Below, piece by piece: positions 26,101 through 37,952 of a stretch of DNA of 64,000 bases. A program made the position numbers and the translations under genes. The stretch's first letter is position 1; each line of letters opens with the position of its first letter. The notes under the pieces are model-generated. The model saw nothing but the letters and a program-made list of their open reading frames with translations, ran no database searches and had not been told where the DNA came from. The DNA lies in contig NW_004797741.1 in NCBI RefSeq assembly GCF_000002075.1, forward strand, positions 500,827 to 564,826, given 5' to 3'. This DNA is from Aplysia californica (Eukaryota).

Positions 26101-26777
26101 ACACCATACTTTTAAAAATAGTTGTAAGAAAAGCCAAAGTTTTGAGGAAAGAAAGTACCTGAAGTCAGTCTGTCAGAATGGAATATTTTTTTGGGGTCTT
26201 TTGTGGAATGAGATAAACTTGCACCGTCTTCTTTCATTGGTGACCGAAGTTTGGAGAGTGACCATTGAAAGTTGCATGCTTAAAAGATGTTATGACTTTG
26301 GGATGCTTTTTTCCCATCTTAATCTTTTATCATAGTTTCCAAATACTAGAGTGCCTCACTACTTTATCCCTTAAGGTTTTCTAAGAAAAGGTTTTTCTTT
26401 TATTCTGTGAAGAATATAGTGTTATGGATGTTAACATTGCCGGGAGGTATCATTCAGAATATTTTCAGAATTTCAGAGATAAATAAACATTCCCAAAACT
26501 TCTAAGGTCCATGTTAAAAAGATTAATGTAATGATCTGCTTTGTAGATATGATATCTAATGTTGCCATGAAAGTAGGAATATCATTTTTAAAGACTTTTC
26601 TCAACTTATACAACACTTTTACCCTTTGGCTGTGTCTACAGGACCCTGCCTATGCCCAGAAAAGGCACCTGCCCGGCCGGACTCTACATGTGCTGGATCG
26701 ACACGCTGACCCGTGACATGCCACCCATCCTCCTTGTGAGAGGCAACCAGACCAGCGTCCTCACCTTCTATTCATAG
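2078..26777 (+). CDS. SLC12A2: Na-K-2Cl cotransporter (SLC12A2/NKCC1-like), 5'-partial, 20 coding exons
   Basis: Spliced translation gives SLC12 hallmarks [67 protein letters not shown] and C-terminal [12 protein letters not shown]. All exons are flanked by AG/GT and the phases are consistent. The Na+-site motif ATLSS in TM8 places it on the Na-coupled (NKCC/NCC) branch. The symbol is the closest vertebrate family member, not proven orthology. Confidence 0.95.
2729..2856 (+). CDS. SLC12A2: NKCC exon ...[27 protein letters not shown] (TM6)
   Basis: ccccag / gtgagt; invariant SLC12 motif. Confidence 0.95.
3051..3313 (+). mobile_element. Diverged copy of the ~180-bp retroposon with an internal insertion
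   Basis: body match plus 3' hairpin GGCGCTCATATGACC...GCAAGCGCC and (ACTAAA)n tail. Confidence 0.65.
3329..3506 (+). mobile_element. ~180-bp SINE-like retroposon (family A)
   Basis: head TGGGTAGTTGGCGGGTGCT, hairpin GGCACTT...AAGTGCC, ACTAAAACTAAAAC tail. Confidence 0.85.
6458..6666 (+). mobile_element. Degenerate tRNA-derived SINE
   Basis: A-box-like TAGCTCAATTTG, B-box-like GGTTGAATCC, 3' hairpin CCGCTTTGATGACCTTATAGCATTGAAGCGG. Confidence 0.55.
7202..7917. repeat. 42-bp minisatellite, 17 copies, intronic
   Basis: GGTACCACATCTATCAAA(G/T)GATAAGTGTTCGATTGTTGCCTC at 7202 + 42n up to 7874. Confidence 0.97.
8024..8302 (+). mobile_element. Family A retroposon plus a second partial 3' half
   Basis: head GTGGATGGTTGGCGGGCGCTCTG; two hairpin-tail segments. 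Confidence 0.8.
9457..9759. other. Assembly gap (N) flanked by G-runs
   Basis: run of N. Confidence 1.
10162..10226 (+). mobile_element. Isolated 3' tail of a related non-LTR element
   Basis: GGCGCTTAAATGACCAAAATTGTGTCGATAGTGCCGTAAAAC followed by an A-rich (CAAT) tail. Confidence 0.55.
10927..11096 (+). mobile_element. Family A retroposon
   Basis: head, body, hairpin and tail match. Confidence 0.85.
11260..11548 (+). CDS. SLC12A2: NKCC exon [21 protein letters not shown]...CVLREANG plus Ser/Thr/Ala-rich loop (TM7, extracellular loop)
   Basis: ttcccag / gtgagt; IPKGT motif. Confidence 0.92.
12078..12184 (+). CDS. SLC12A2: NKCC exon APQYSSEDY...[18 protein letters not shown]
   Basis: tttcag / gtacat; CxYGL motif of the extracellular loop. 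Confidence 0.9.
12554..12661 (+). CDS. SLC12A2: NKCC exon [36 protein letters not shown] (TM8)
   Basis: ctccag / gtatga; conserved TM8. Confidence 0.95.
13504..13627 (+). CDS. SLC12A2: NKCC exon [30 protein letters not shown] (TM9)
   Basis: cctcag / gtaaga. Confidence 0.95.
14111..14212 (+). CDS. SLC12A2: NKCC exon [33 protein letters not shown] (TM10)
   Basis: tttcag / gtaaga. Confidence 0.95.
15015..15170 (+). CDS. SLC12A2: NKCC exon [15 protein letters not shown]...YVHHRKP (TM11-12)
   Basis: gtgcag / gtacgc. Confidence 0.95.
15729..15828 (+). CDS. SLC12A2: NKCC exon [16 protein letters not shown]...EHIKNFR
   Basis: ttccag / gttagt. Confidence 0.95.
16100..16834. mobile_element. Non-autonomous DNA transposon with TTAA target duplication (Kolobok-like MITE)
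   Basis: TTAA|GGGGAGAC ... GTCTTCCC|TTAA; 7/8 terminal inverted match; no ORF. Confidence 0.65.
16906..17017 (+). CDS. SLC12A2: NKCC exon [37 protein letters not shown]
   Basis: tcacag / gtgagt. Confidence 0.93.
17454..17588 (+). CDS. SLC12A2: NKCC exon GTQWENLRQ...HIKSFYS...GAQALMQ
   Basis: acatag / gtcagt. Confidence 0.9.
18022..18128 (+). CDS. SLC12A2: NKCC exon [20 protein letters not shown]...YLGVIH
   Basis: ctacag / gtaagt; GxGKxRPN motif. Confidence 0.93.
18183..18368 (-). mobile_element. RTE-clade LINE 3' fragment
   Basis: minus translation [13 protein letters not shown]...KTW...[16 protein letters not shown], then a TGATGATGA tail. Confidence 0.75.
18840..18946 (+). CDS. SLC12A2: NKCC exon [21 protein letters not shown]...QQDE
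   Basis: ttacag / gtgaca. Confidence 0.9.
19072..20315. mobile_element. Non-autonomous hAT-like DNA element with 6-bp TSD
   Basis: ATTTAT|CAGTGCTGGTAA ... TTATCAGCACTG|ATTTAT; 11/12 TIR; CpG-rich left part and internal (TAGATC)n. Confidence 0.7.
20448..20713 (+). CDS. SLC12A2: NKCC exon, low-complexity cytoplasmic linker [11 protein letters not shown]...[11 protein letters not shown]
   Basis: tctcag / gtttgt; open purine-rich frame; phases 1 to 0 bridge the neighbouring exons. Confidence 0.85.
21417..21492 (+). CDS. SLC12A2: NKCC exon [25 protein letters not shown]
   Basis: ttgtag / gtaagt. Confidence 0.95.
22186..22300 (+). CDS. SLC12A2: NKCC exon [24 protein letters not shown]...EQRQ
   Basis: ctccag / gtaaga. 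Confidence 0.95.
22689..22858 (-). mobile_element. Family A retroposon
   Basis: reverse-complement match including head ACCACACCAGAGCACCTGCCAACCACCCA. Confidence 0.85.
23147..23233 (+). CDS. SLC12A2: NKCC exon [28 protein letters not shown]
   Basis: tcacag / gtgaga; LLSKFRID motif. Confidence 0.95.
24074..24191 (+). CDS. SLC12A2: NKCC exon [11 protein letters not shown]...[15 protein letters not shown]
   Basis: tgacag / gtttgt; PWxxTDxEL motif. Confidence 0.92.
25234..25280. repeat. (GCAC)n microsatellite
   Basis: direct reading. Confidence 0.9.
25446..25513 (+). CDS. SLC12A2: NKCC exon [23 protein letters not shown]
   Basis: ctccag / gtaagt. Confidence 0.93.
26642..26777 (+). CDS. SLC12A2: NKCC terminal coding exon TLPMPRKG...[18 protein letters not shown]
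   Basis: ctacag acceptor; TAG at 26775-26777; canonical NKCC C-terminus. Confidence 0.96.
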
Positions 26778-26921
26778 TTCCTTCATGTCAAAGTACATGC
26801 GTGTATGCATGCATGTAGAAAGATACACACATACAGCGAATGCTGTCAGTCCAACAGTGTACTTTTAGGGACCATTCACTTGAAAACTTGCTTCCTGGCC
26901 GTGGATGAGATTATTTTACTT

Positions 26922-27064
26922 CTAGGTACTGTGTCAGTATCATCACTGTGCTAGATACTGTGTCAGTATCATATTGTGCTAGATACTGTGTGAATATTAT
27001 ATTGTGCTAGATACTCTCATAGTATCATGTTGTGCTAAATACTGTGTTGGTATCATGTTGTGCT
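26922..27064 (+). repeat. ~28-bp tandem repeat, ~5 copies, in the NKCC 3' UTR
   Basis: CTAGATACTGTGTCAGTATCATATTGTG-like units ~150 nt after the stop. Confidence 0.85.
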
Positions 27065-30000
27065 CCATTCCCACTTTTCCTCATTTTTCTGTGAGGCACT
27101 GGTGTGTGTGTGTGTTTGTAGGGGAAGACTGTATCTTAATGTTAACATCATTTTTAAGACAGTTGTCAGTGCTGTTCTGCCTCCTTTCTCCTCCTCCCAC
27201 AACTGCAAATATAAATGTATTGTCAAATTGTCTTTCCATCAAGTTTGTTGCTTCACATCTCAAAGTGCAAGGAATGTTTCTTAGAGTGTGTAAGGCAACT
27301 GGAGATAATTTGCCCAGATTTTTGTTCTGAATCTTGACTTTTGAATTTCTGATGGAGATCAGTCTTTTATCGATTTGGGTTTTTTTTAAAAAGCAAATCT
27401 AGTTTATCACAATCAACGTTTCCTGACGCAAATCCTCACCTTTCTTTCTTCACTTCACATTCTCCTCTTTTTCTTTTTTGTCCCAGTCTCTTTTCTTCTC
27501 TCCTGCACACACACTCATATGTGCACGGCACATAATGTATACACATATCGGTAGTCTTGCTTCCAGAGCATTTGTTCACAGCTGAGGGGTAACGATCTGA
27601 AAGTAGAGGATGTAAGTTAGAGATGGAATAATGGTGTATTTTATTATTAAAGTGAATTAGAAGTAACTTTTCAAGGTTTACTGAGGAAAAGTACACTAGT
27701 ACATAAAATAATTGTGGATCACTTGTTATTTAGTAGTGGAACCTATATTGTTCTTTTTTCTTCCCATTCATTAATGGAATGCTAGTAAGTAATGTGTTAT
27801 AGGGGGAAATGTACTTTTTTGTACAAAATATTTGATCAACGGCAGATATATATGATTGGAGAAATCCAGACACTTTTGCTTATAACAATCTTTGTCAATT
27901 TTTATCAGAACTTATATTTTATTTTGTAATTTTGAGACAATTTACTGGGTGTTGATCTATTGACTATTTCTGCATTACCTGAGGAAAAGTAAATGAAAAG
28001 TAGCTGATGTCCCTCTGCTGTGACTGTTATGTAGATATTTGTACCGACGAGAATGGTCCCACCCTCATACCTTTTAGCGGTGGGCACCTCATGTTTCTTG
28101 CACTCCACGCATCCCGTCCAAGCAAAAGAAGTTGTTGCTGTTATCGCATTCAAGCTGTACCGCACGCTCATGTATTTAGAATTTCCATGCGAATATGCAT
28201 AGTGTGTTAGTTTTCCATGTTATCCATCTATTGTCTTTCCACTGGGACCAGTGAAGAGGAGATGGAGACTTAGTCAGAGAATGACAGTTCTTCATAAGTT
28301 ATTTGTACAATAGCTATTTATAATCTGGATATGTACACTGTATGTGGGACTGAGACCATGTGAATGCTCACCTGTTTTCAGCCTGTGGTCTCTTGTTGAT
28401 CCTCTGTTATTAAGGAAAGCCTCAGTATTGCCTTTCTTGTACAGACATGAAGGTGGAGACTAACACAATTTGTTTTGAACATTAACAGGAAGGATTTATC
28501 AGTTGTGAATCAAAGTGCACTTTCTGGAGACTTGTCAACTTTGTTGCTATTTTTCTTCTGATCATCCAGTTCTAAGTACATTTTTTGTAGAATGGAAGGC
28601 TGCAGAAGTGATGTTCAGGGATAAAGTTGTGTATGGGGCAAACTTGAATTCTGCTTTCAAGATGAAATGCTCCCTATCAAGAAAGTACTGATAGTTTTTT
28701 TTGAAAATCTTTCATTCTCTTCACAGATAAACTCTATTCTGACTGTTAGACAGTCTTATTTATCTGTTTGTGATCTTAGTCAATCTGGTCAGACATAATG
28801 TTACTGTTAGATTTAATGAGTATAGTTATGCAATGTCATCTCTCATGAATCTCCAAAGATGTTGGTGCATGTTTTGTGCAGGTCTGTCTTACACGAGAAC
28901 TGGTGGACTTAATCCCGTTTTTCTCCACACTGGTTCATGTTTGGTATTTTTTCAAGTTGAAATCTGTCTTCCAAAGCTGATTTTAAAATTTGAGCAGCTG
29001 AGAGTATGAGCTATAAAAAGTGAAAATGTGTTGAGCTTGAATGTTGCTGCTAACTGCACTGAAAGGAGAGATTGATGAAGTGTTGATGAAAAGCTGTAAT
29101 ATTGTTTTGTTATGGGGATTTTCATGACATTATATGTGGTTTGTTGTTCAACAAATGTAAATATTGTTTGTGACATTTCAAAAGCTGTCATTCTTTGCAT
29201 CATGGATGTATTTTTATGTACACAAAAATGTTAACCTCATTTCTTTTGTCTGGCTTTCCCCTATTACTCTCTTTGACTCTGGCCCCTGTCAATTTAACAG
29301 TGTAAGTAGGTGTAGGTGTATTCAAAAAAATGGTGCATATTTTACAAATTCATAGCCTTCTGTATAGCTTTCATATACAAAGGTTGTTAGGTTTGATGGA
29401 ACCTTTTTTAGTCTCTTTGCATGATTTTGAACCTGAGGATTCATTGATCGCGTGCTGCTTCTGTTAAAAGGAAAATTCCAAATGCAGTTTTTTTGGTGCC
29501 AAGCAGTAATCAGCTGTATGAAAAAAAAGTTTTCATGACACTGCAATGAGAGATTGAAAGAGAATAGCATTAAAGCCCTTATCTTGTAGTGAGAGGTGCA
29601 GTCTGTGTTGATTCTAACACCCAGACATTGTGTTTGGCTTTGCCATCTTTGTATCACCTCAAAGTTGAATGGTTCTGTTCAGTTTAGGTCACTTTTCGTC
29701 AACAGGCTACATTAGTTCATCATAATATAAGTTTTATCACTCATAGTTTTGAGCATGGTAGAAAAAAAGCGTATCCTGTATTCTCGTCTTTTTCTGACTA
29801 GAATTTTAATGATTTGTTTTATTTCTTCTAAATTTGTTTGAGCATTGAGGCCATTTTATTACAGGGTGGAAGGCCGTTGTATAAAGGGTGCCGTAGTGGG
29901 TCACTTTGAATTTGGTGAATTCAGCCATTGTCATGGCACCTTGACAATATGATCACTGTGGACTGCAGTAGTAATCTTAACTCACTGAGTTTGACCTTCT

Positions 30001-31032
30001 GGGAATGTAACGACTTTTTAAGAGAACTTTTCTTTCTTGAATAATTATGTTTTAGCATGTAACGAAAAATCTTCAGTTGAAAAAAATGTCTGTTAGGTCT
30101 CTTGTGTTTACTTACAAGGGTTTATAAAGTAGAGGGATTAAATTAATAGCCTGTTACTTCCTTAGCTGATGGAAATTGTGTTTTATTCTGAAGCCTGTCC
30201 CTCTTGTTGCTGGAAACTGCTGGTCTCACTGGGTCTGTGAGAGAGAGGAGAGCAATGTCTCAGGATACACCTGGCTGGTCACTGTGAACCTGTGACTGGT
30301 AGAAGCACCAATATGTTGATATTGCCATTTGAGTATTTAAAATCACATTCCTGTACTTTGCCCTCAAAGCTACAACATTTGTCATTGTGTTGTCCAGACC
30401 TGTCTCCATACATTATGATATGTAGTCATGGATATATGTTCTGAACCTAATGAAGAGGAAATACTTGCTAGCCTATGGTTTGTAAATGCCTTTTGCTCTT
30501 GCCTCGCCATGCTTACACCTGCCAGGTTATGGGAATATGTCTTCTGTCTGTGTTCTTGTTAGCTGCAAAATAGCTTTTGGATTTCTGATCATTTTAGGAA
30601 ATGAAAAAAATCTGCATTACCTTGATAAATTAAAAATGGTCTGTATCTTCTTTATGCATTTTACATTTAAATGGTGGGTATCTTCTTAATGCATTTTACA
30701 TGAATGTTGATGCAGTAGTTACATACAATTAGATTATTATTTAGATAAAAGACAAAAATTGATGCAAAAAGATTTTACATTTGAAAATACAGAGAACCTT
30801 TTGTTTAACTGTCTTTGAAAGAAAAAACTATCTATCTCCGCCTCCTGCCTGTTTCCCCCGCATGTTGATTCGGTAAAGTTTCAGGGTCTTTTCAAGCTTG
30901 TCTTTTGATGACTCAGTGTTTTTGTATATTGATGACCATGCATTTTGGTCTCTTTATATGAGCCACTTCAAGCTATCTTTTAATGACTGTATGTTTGTTT
31001 TCTGCACGTGTGTACTCTCTCACTGTTTGTAT

Positions 31033-31198
31033 GTGGGTAGTTGACAGGTGCTCCAGTGTGGTTTGCTCCTTCTTTCCTAAAAGACATCTATCACCCTTAT
31101 CTCTCCTCCTTCTATTTTGTGTTTGTTACTCTCTCTGATCTCTGGCACTCATATGACCAAAGTGTGTTACAAGTGCTGTATAACTTTCACTAAAAACA
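31033..31198 (+). mobile_element. Family A retroposon
   Basis: head, body and tail match; shares an internal deletion with the 10927 copy. Confidence 0.8.
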
Positions 31199-34100
31199 AT
31201 GTCTGTACTGAAGACTGTAGCCCAGCTGTCTCTGCTGGTTCTGCTGGTAGAGCACAGACTGTGTGTGTTGTGGAAAACACGTCAAACTGAGAGGGTATTC
31301 TCCGTCATTTCATAGATGCTTTGTGATCCATTTCATATCATGCGTCTTTGTGTCATGGTAGAGTTACTCTCTGTGTTTCGTTTACAACACTTCTTTTATG
31401 TATCCTGTGCATGTGTGTATCCTGCATTTGTATATATATATATGTGCATGTAATTGTTTGTTTGGGACATGCGTGCGTACTGCTTGTCCTGCATACTGAG
31501 GAGTGATTATGACCTGGCAAATGATGCATCCTGTCTAAAGAGATGTCTTCTTGTCGTCTGTGCCGTCATCTCTCAGTGAAACGGGAAAAGTTCCCAACTC
31601 CCAAAAACTGGCAGGAGAGAAGATCAAGAGTAATGGTGATCCAAGCTCTGTACATCAACTGTGCACTAACACTGTGTTATGTTCTACAGCTTGGTCAACT
31701 TAAAGCAAAAAATCTTCATGTCCCATTGATCAGTTGCAGTTAAGATTCAAAAACTCTACTTATGTATGTAAATTGTTTGTACAGGAAACATTTGTGTGGC
31801 TGGTACTTAGTGACGGAATATCCTTTTGAACTTGCACACTGAAATAGTCCACTTGAAGAAAATGTAACTGATGTGTAAATATTTAAGTTTTAATTTTCTC
31901 AGGTTGGCAAAGGTTAAGACTAACTTTTAGTTCTTCCTACACAAAACGTGGTCCTAGATGGACATTGTTCCAGGGGTGTTTTTGTTTGCAAAGTGCTCAT
32001 TTTTGTCTGAGATGTTTTTGTCCTTGTGGTGCTTTCATGAAGTCAGAGAGAGGTTTCAGGCTGTTGAGGGACTGTTGTTAGCTTTATGCTCTTTTAGGAT
32101 TGCTTCTCATTCTTCTTCTGTTTTTTAGTTATACCATTTCAGTTTTGTTTTTTCCGGTGATTATGTGTACATTGCCAAGTCGATTAGGTGTCTCGGATTT
32201 CATTTGCAATACTTATCCCATATGTTCGTTTTTGTGCAATTTGCATTATTCACTCAGATTTTTGTTCATTCCTCTGCAGGAGTTGAGTCTCGAACCTATA
32301 AAATACTCTTTGATTTTGATTTTTTGTTTGTTTGTTTGTTGTTGTTTTTTTCTGTTTTACAAACCTTTAAAAAAGACTCACTAACTAGAATCTCATCATT
32401 TATTTTGTACCAGTTGTCGTCCCATTTTTATTTGCCACAGGCACACTCATTCTCACACTACATGAACTCAAATGTAAACTACTCTGTGGGGCACCCTGGT
32501 GTATTTTATTTACTTGGGGGAAAGTATCTACCGTGGGAACAAAGTGACAAATTGATACTTCCCTTGCTTCTGTTCCTCTTCCAGGTGTCTGCCCTCCTGA
32601 TAAGACTAAAGTTTTGCATTTCCTGGGCGCGTTTCTGTGAATGTGTTCATGTCATCCCCAAGCTTTAACCCCGCCTCATCTTTTGGCCTGTGTCATGGGC
32701 TCTGTTCTCATTATTCCTATGATTTTTTGTGTCTATAGTTTGCTAGACTTTGTGCCATTCTATTGATTCTGTTTGTTTTTATTTGTTTATTTTTGGCATG
32801 ATAACATCTTTAAAAAAATATTTATAAAGGTAGACTTTGTACCTAGCCGTGTGCTCTGAGGGGGTGATAATGATAACGTAGGCATTCCTTAAGGTGTAAA
32901 TCTTCCTCTTACACCCTGTCAGTGACCTTTGAAATTTCGTTTGAGTTTGCTGCCAGGTCTGTTTTCAAAAATTTGATAATTATTTCAGGTTAAATTTTTA
33001 GATTTTGCTAACATCCTGAATAACCCATTATGTCTTAACAGACAAGATAGGGGCCTACCTAAAACAAACTGGGGTTTTAGGCATGGTAAATGACTGCCAA
33101 CAAATTCAAATGTCACTTTTACGATCTCCCAACGCGAAATGACTGTTATAGCTTCAATGTGCTTCTCTTTTAACTCTATCTAGACTGTTGCTCTGTCTGC
33201 TTGGCACTGCTGGAGGTTTCTGGCCTTTGGTCAGGGAACAACCCGAGATTTATGAAGGGATTGTAGTCAGGCCTGCTGTGTCATCTGCACGTTAGTATCG
33301 GGAGTCAGTTGCCAACCCTGAATCATTGTTAGAACAAAAAGAGCAGACCTGGGGTTTTTTTTTAGTTCTATACTAATAACTAATAAATTTCTTTTCCCGT
33401 GAACAAGAACAATCAAGTTGAGTGCCTTTATGAGAAAAAACAAACAGTGGTGTTACTCTAAATTGTGGCCAATGCACATACATGTATTGTCATTATTACT
33501 AGATAGCTGCCATGTCTCTAATTTACTCAGATCATATTATATATATATACTTACATTCTAACATTCAATAACTTGCCATGCCATTTTAAATTTTACTCAC
33601 TGATCAACTCAATGGCCATATACAGCACAGTTGTACCATGATATTTAAAATTTTTGTTTGTCATGACCAAGTTTGTTTTTTTGGTTTCTTTTTTTTTGAA
33701 AGAACTCTGATAATTATCTTTCCTCCGTTGAAAATTAAGGCTGAAGCCAAATATTCTTAGTTTTATGTTTTAAACTTTTGTGTTCTGCAATGATTCATGC
33801 AATGTCTCTCATCATCCTAGCATTGCTACTGCCTCAGAGGTACACTTGCCGAGATGTCTACCTGCCATTCCTAATTTTTTCCAGTCCTTCATAGAATCTC
33901 CCTCCCAGTCTTGAAATTGTGGACATTTTTCTCACTGACATTTAGCTCTTTATCTTGTGTTGACTGAAGGAGTTTAGAATTATCATGTACATGTAGTTGT
34001 GTAGGCAGTGGTACAAGATGTCCTTTAACAAAAGTTCTGATGCAGTCTTGTCAGTTTGTTCACCCAGTCATTATTCATTATTGAGGAGGGGGATTGGGGG

Positions 34101-35118
34101 GGGGGGGGGGGGGGGGAGGCTGTTTGAATTGGGATTTTGAGAAAATGATGGGTTTGTTGGGTTTTTTTGTGCATTGAAACACTGTGGAAAAGGTCCCATA
34201 CCCGTGAGATATGGTCAGTGCCTATATGTAACATGAAGAGACTCAGTGTTTTCTGGAATGTAAAAAGTTATGTAGCAAATAGGGTGCTTTGTAAATTCAG
34301 GGTAACCCAGTGTTCTGGTACCTTCCTGTCCATCAGTTGTGCTAGCTGTAGGCTACTGTTGCAAGCTTCAGACACACTTGTCTACAGAAACTGGGGGAAA
34401 CTTTATGGTTCTATAATTCTGTGTTCCTGATTTCTAGTCTCTGGTACAGTTCATGAGTAGGGTGTGGGGTAGGCATCTCTGCAATTGTATGACCTTTTTT
34501 TCTGTGTGTGTCCCTGTGTGAGCAAGACTGTCACTTGCTCTCTGAGACTTAACACATTACTCAATATACTTTTTACACTGTCTGATTTTTGATGTTTAAA
34601 AATTTCTGTCACTTATGTTCTGGATTCTTTGAATCTTAAGTCTTTTTTCCCCCCCTTTTACATTTAGTTGTTTTGTTTGTGCAATGCATGCAGTAATCTT
34701 TTAGTATTCTGCTATCGGCATGGTCCCATCACAACATATGTGCTCCTACTCTGTCTGTTTATCTGACCGATCATCACTTGGGGTGGACGGAAATCTCACT
34801 CGCCAGTCGTATGTTTCTCAGTATCTAATCTACTCTTTTTGTCAACAGCTTTAACTTATCACTCGGTTTTTGAGGAGGAATATTTTCTCCACATTAATAC
34901 TGTTTGGTTTGGAGGGTTTTTTTTTTTGCTTTACCACTCCTGAAGTTTTACTTATTCATTACAGTTCCCACTGCTCTCAATCCCTATGCATTGAATGTTT
35001 GTTTCATGCAGGTCAAAATTGTGTTCTCACCTGAATTTTTTGTCAGGTAATCTCTAAAACAGGGCTTTGATAAAAATTCTCTGCATTTCTTTTCTGATGT
35101 TATAATTTATGTATGAAT

Positions 35119-35124
35119 ATTAAA
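35119..35124 (+). terminator. Candidate distal polyadenylation signal (ATTAAA) for NKCC
   Basis: ATTAAA followed by a GU/U-rich tract TTGTTGTCAGATGTGCTTTATTTCTGTGGTGTG; motif evidence only. Confidence 0.35.
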
Positions 35125-35599
35125 TACATTCAGTGCGACTTTAATTGTTGTCAGATGTGCTTTATTTCTGTGGTGTGACCACATGTCAAGATGATGTCGT
35201 CCCTCTCTGACTCCTCATTACTTACTCTTGTTTTGTGAAACTGTAGATGTCACAGTCATTGAATTCATTTTGCATGTCATCGCTGTAAGTCGCCAGCCTG
35301 GTAACTGCACCTTTCTTGGATATTAATATTTTGGTTTAGCCTTTAGATTTAGAGGCACCATATTTTCTAAGTACTGATGTTTGGGGTTTTACTAGGGAAA
35401 GTAAAAAAAATGTGAGTGATACAGAAAAAAGCAACTAATTAAACTGAGCACTGGAGAACTATTTCGCTTTCCTTGAATTCTGTATTTGGATGTTACGAAC
35501 TGTACGACTTACAGCGATGACACATTTCTTATATGTCCATGTAGAACGTTGTAGGTGAACAAGTACAGACTGTTGGATGTGTTGTATCATGAACATGCT

Positions 35600-35735
35600 C
35601 AGACCATGACGCACTGCTAATGTGTTATAGTTCAGACACACAGACCATGACTCACTGCTATTGTGTTATAGTTCAGACACACAGACCATGACGGACTACT
35701 AATGTGTTGTAGTTCAGACACACAGACCATGACAC
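35600..35735. repeat. 41-bp tandem repeat, ~3.3 copies
   Basis: CAGACCATGAC at 35600, 35641, 35682, 35723. Confidence 0.9.
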
Positions 35736-37879
35736 ACAGCAAACATGAGGCAATGTGAACACTCCAGCCATGGTATGCAGCGGAATTGTTTTGACAATTG
35801 TTTCCTTTGCTGATGCATCCCACTTTTTAGGACCATAATTATAGATTTGAACAATAATCCAAGCAGCTCTTTCCATCCATGTGTATTTTTAGAGATAGTG
35901 GCTGACTGGGAGTCTCTCGGCTACCACTGCCACGTATTTCTGAACACTTCTCATTGAGTACTTTTTGTGTGCAAATATGATGAATGGTCTTACACAATTC
36001 GTCGTCTCAGGTTGTCTAAAGTGCCTCTTTACATAAGTACACTTCGGACAAACTAGTTCTGAGACCACGAATTGTCAAAGCTAGACTTTAGAACAATGTT
36101 TTCAATTCTCTAAATGTAGTGGATCCCAGTTGATACTTGATAGAATGCACATGTGCTAAACTAAACTACTGTGGTAATCTGTTGTCTCTAGACAGTGAAC
36201 TTTTTTTGTAAAGAGCTTTCAATGTAGACGTATTTATGATTTCTTAGGGGGGAAGTTCTTGTGTACGGCATTATGGCCTCCTGTCAGTACCTGGAGGGTG
36301 GTGGTAAGGCTCTTCTTGGCCATTCTCTGTGTAAGGCATGACTTCAGTCTGTGAGGAGGCTTGTTTAAAATCAAGAATCTCTGTCTGCTTGCATGCTGTA
36401 TCTCTCTCTGCCTGAATTGGCCCTGACAGGCAGGGTCAAAGTATCCTGCCTCCTATACGACCGACTGTGTTGATGGGAGCATAAAGCATTTATAATTAAA
36501 ATTCTAATTACGTCCTGTCATCTTGCCGTTTCTCAAAGAGTGTGTCGGGATGCTTGTACTTATGACTTACTGTATTTGCTGTTCTGTCATTGTAACACTG
36601 GTTATGTAAATATGACCTACATTGTTTGTGTTGATCCCAAACGCGACCTGTCTTATCAGATGTTCTGTGCCTTAGAAATAGGTTTTTTCACAACAGACGC
36701 TGGGCACTCCCAAGTCATTTTTTAACCCAGGTCTTGGAAGAAACTCCAATATGTTTCCCAAATGAGGGTTCGGTTGATGGGGGGGTTGAAATATTTTCTA
36801 TTAAAAGACTCCAGGGATGATCATACCATTCTTATGCCAAAATGTGTATTTGCTTTTTTTTATATAAAAAAATTTCTAGTTTGGGAATTTGTGTATTTTA
36901 AGATTTTTGCTAGCTGTATTAGTACAAGTTTGAGAGAAGAATTTTAGAAGAAAAAAAAAGAGCTATTCAAAAGATTTGTTTCATTACTCAAGACTATGTA
37001 CCTTAAAGTTCCCATCGTAGTCTCTACCGACACTTTTTCACCAGTCTATTTGTGGTGTCTCCATCTTGTACGTGCCAATGTTGTGACTCCTAGAGATAGC
37101 GTCTGACTCTTGTGTTAGGCAATAGCATGCTACTATTAGAGCCTTCTTCGTGTTAGCTGATCAACGGCTTCCACTCGTGCTTGTCATAGAAATCATAAAG
37201 ACAGTTTATCAATCTTGGAAATGTGAAATAATGTGACCTTGAATTTGTCATTTGTAATATTTTGAGTGTCCTAAATGCATTGATTGATTGTTGCCACCAT
37301 AGATCAGAAGTTAACAAAATAATCTGGCTTTGGATTTGTCAGTAGTAATTTTTTCATTATGAGCAATAGTGCTGTGAATATTCACACTCATCGTGCTCCT
37401 AAAGCTTTCAAAATGCTTTGAAGAATTTGTCTGGTAATTCATAGTTGTGAATTCTTGGAATACATTGACTTGGAAGGCTTTTGTTAATCTTGCATAATTT
37501 CAAAACTGACTTTGAAAAGTCTTTAGAGATGCAGCTTTCTGCGCTGTGCTGGGAATAGTCCTTCATTGTTTCTGGATAAGTTTACTTTTGTTTTGCTGAC
37601 GTTCCTGTTATGCTTTTAAACTCCTCAGAGAATTTGTTGATGACATGGCTGGTACTATCTCATACACAGGGTTATAAAAATCTTGAACATGAAAAGAGGG
37701 GAAAACCCAAAGAAAAACAATTAAAAAAGACAAAAATAGTTTCATAATAACTGAGTTTGATTTCATGAATTTGATGTGAGTTGTGGCCATGTTTTTGTGT
37801 CGAGAATTTGTGCTTATAAATTTTTGGGTGGCCTGAGTAGCAGAGGGAACTGTCCACTGAGAAATTCAGTTGAACAATC

Positions 37880-37952
37880 CTCCTCTCGTGAGAATCGAAT
37901 CCATGTCTCTCTGGAGCAAGGAGAAAAGCCTAACCACTACACTACTGCTGCT
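37880..37952 (-). mobile_element. Degenerate tRNA-derived SINE head
   Basis: minus strand TAGTGTAGTGGTTAGG ... GGATTCGATTCTC (A/B box-like). Confidence 0.5.

Noticed and set aside
17139-34116. Long poly-G/poly-C runs as functional G-quadruplexes
   Set aside because: Common homopolymers in this sequence, sometimes next to gaps, with no positional evidence of function.
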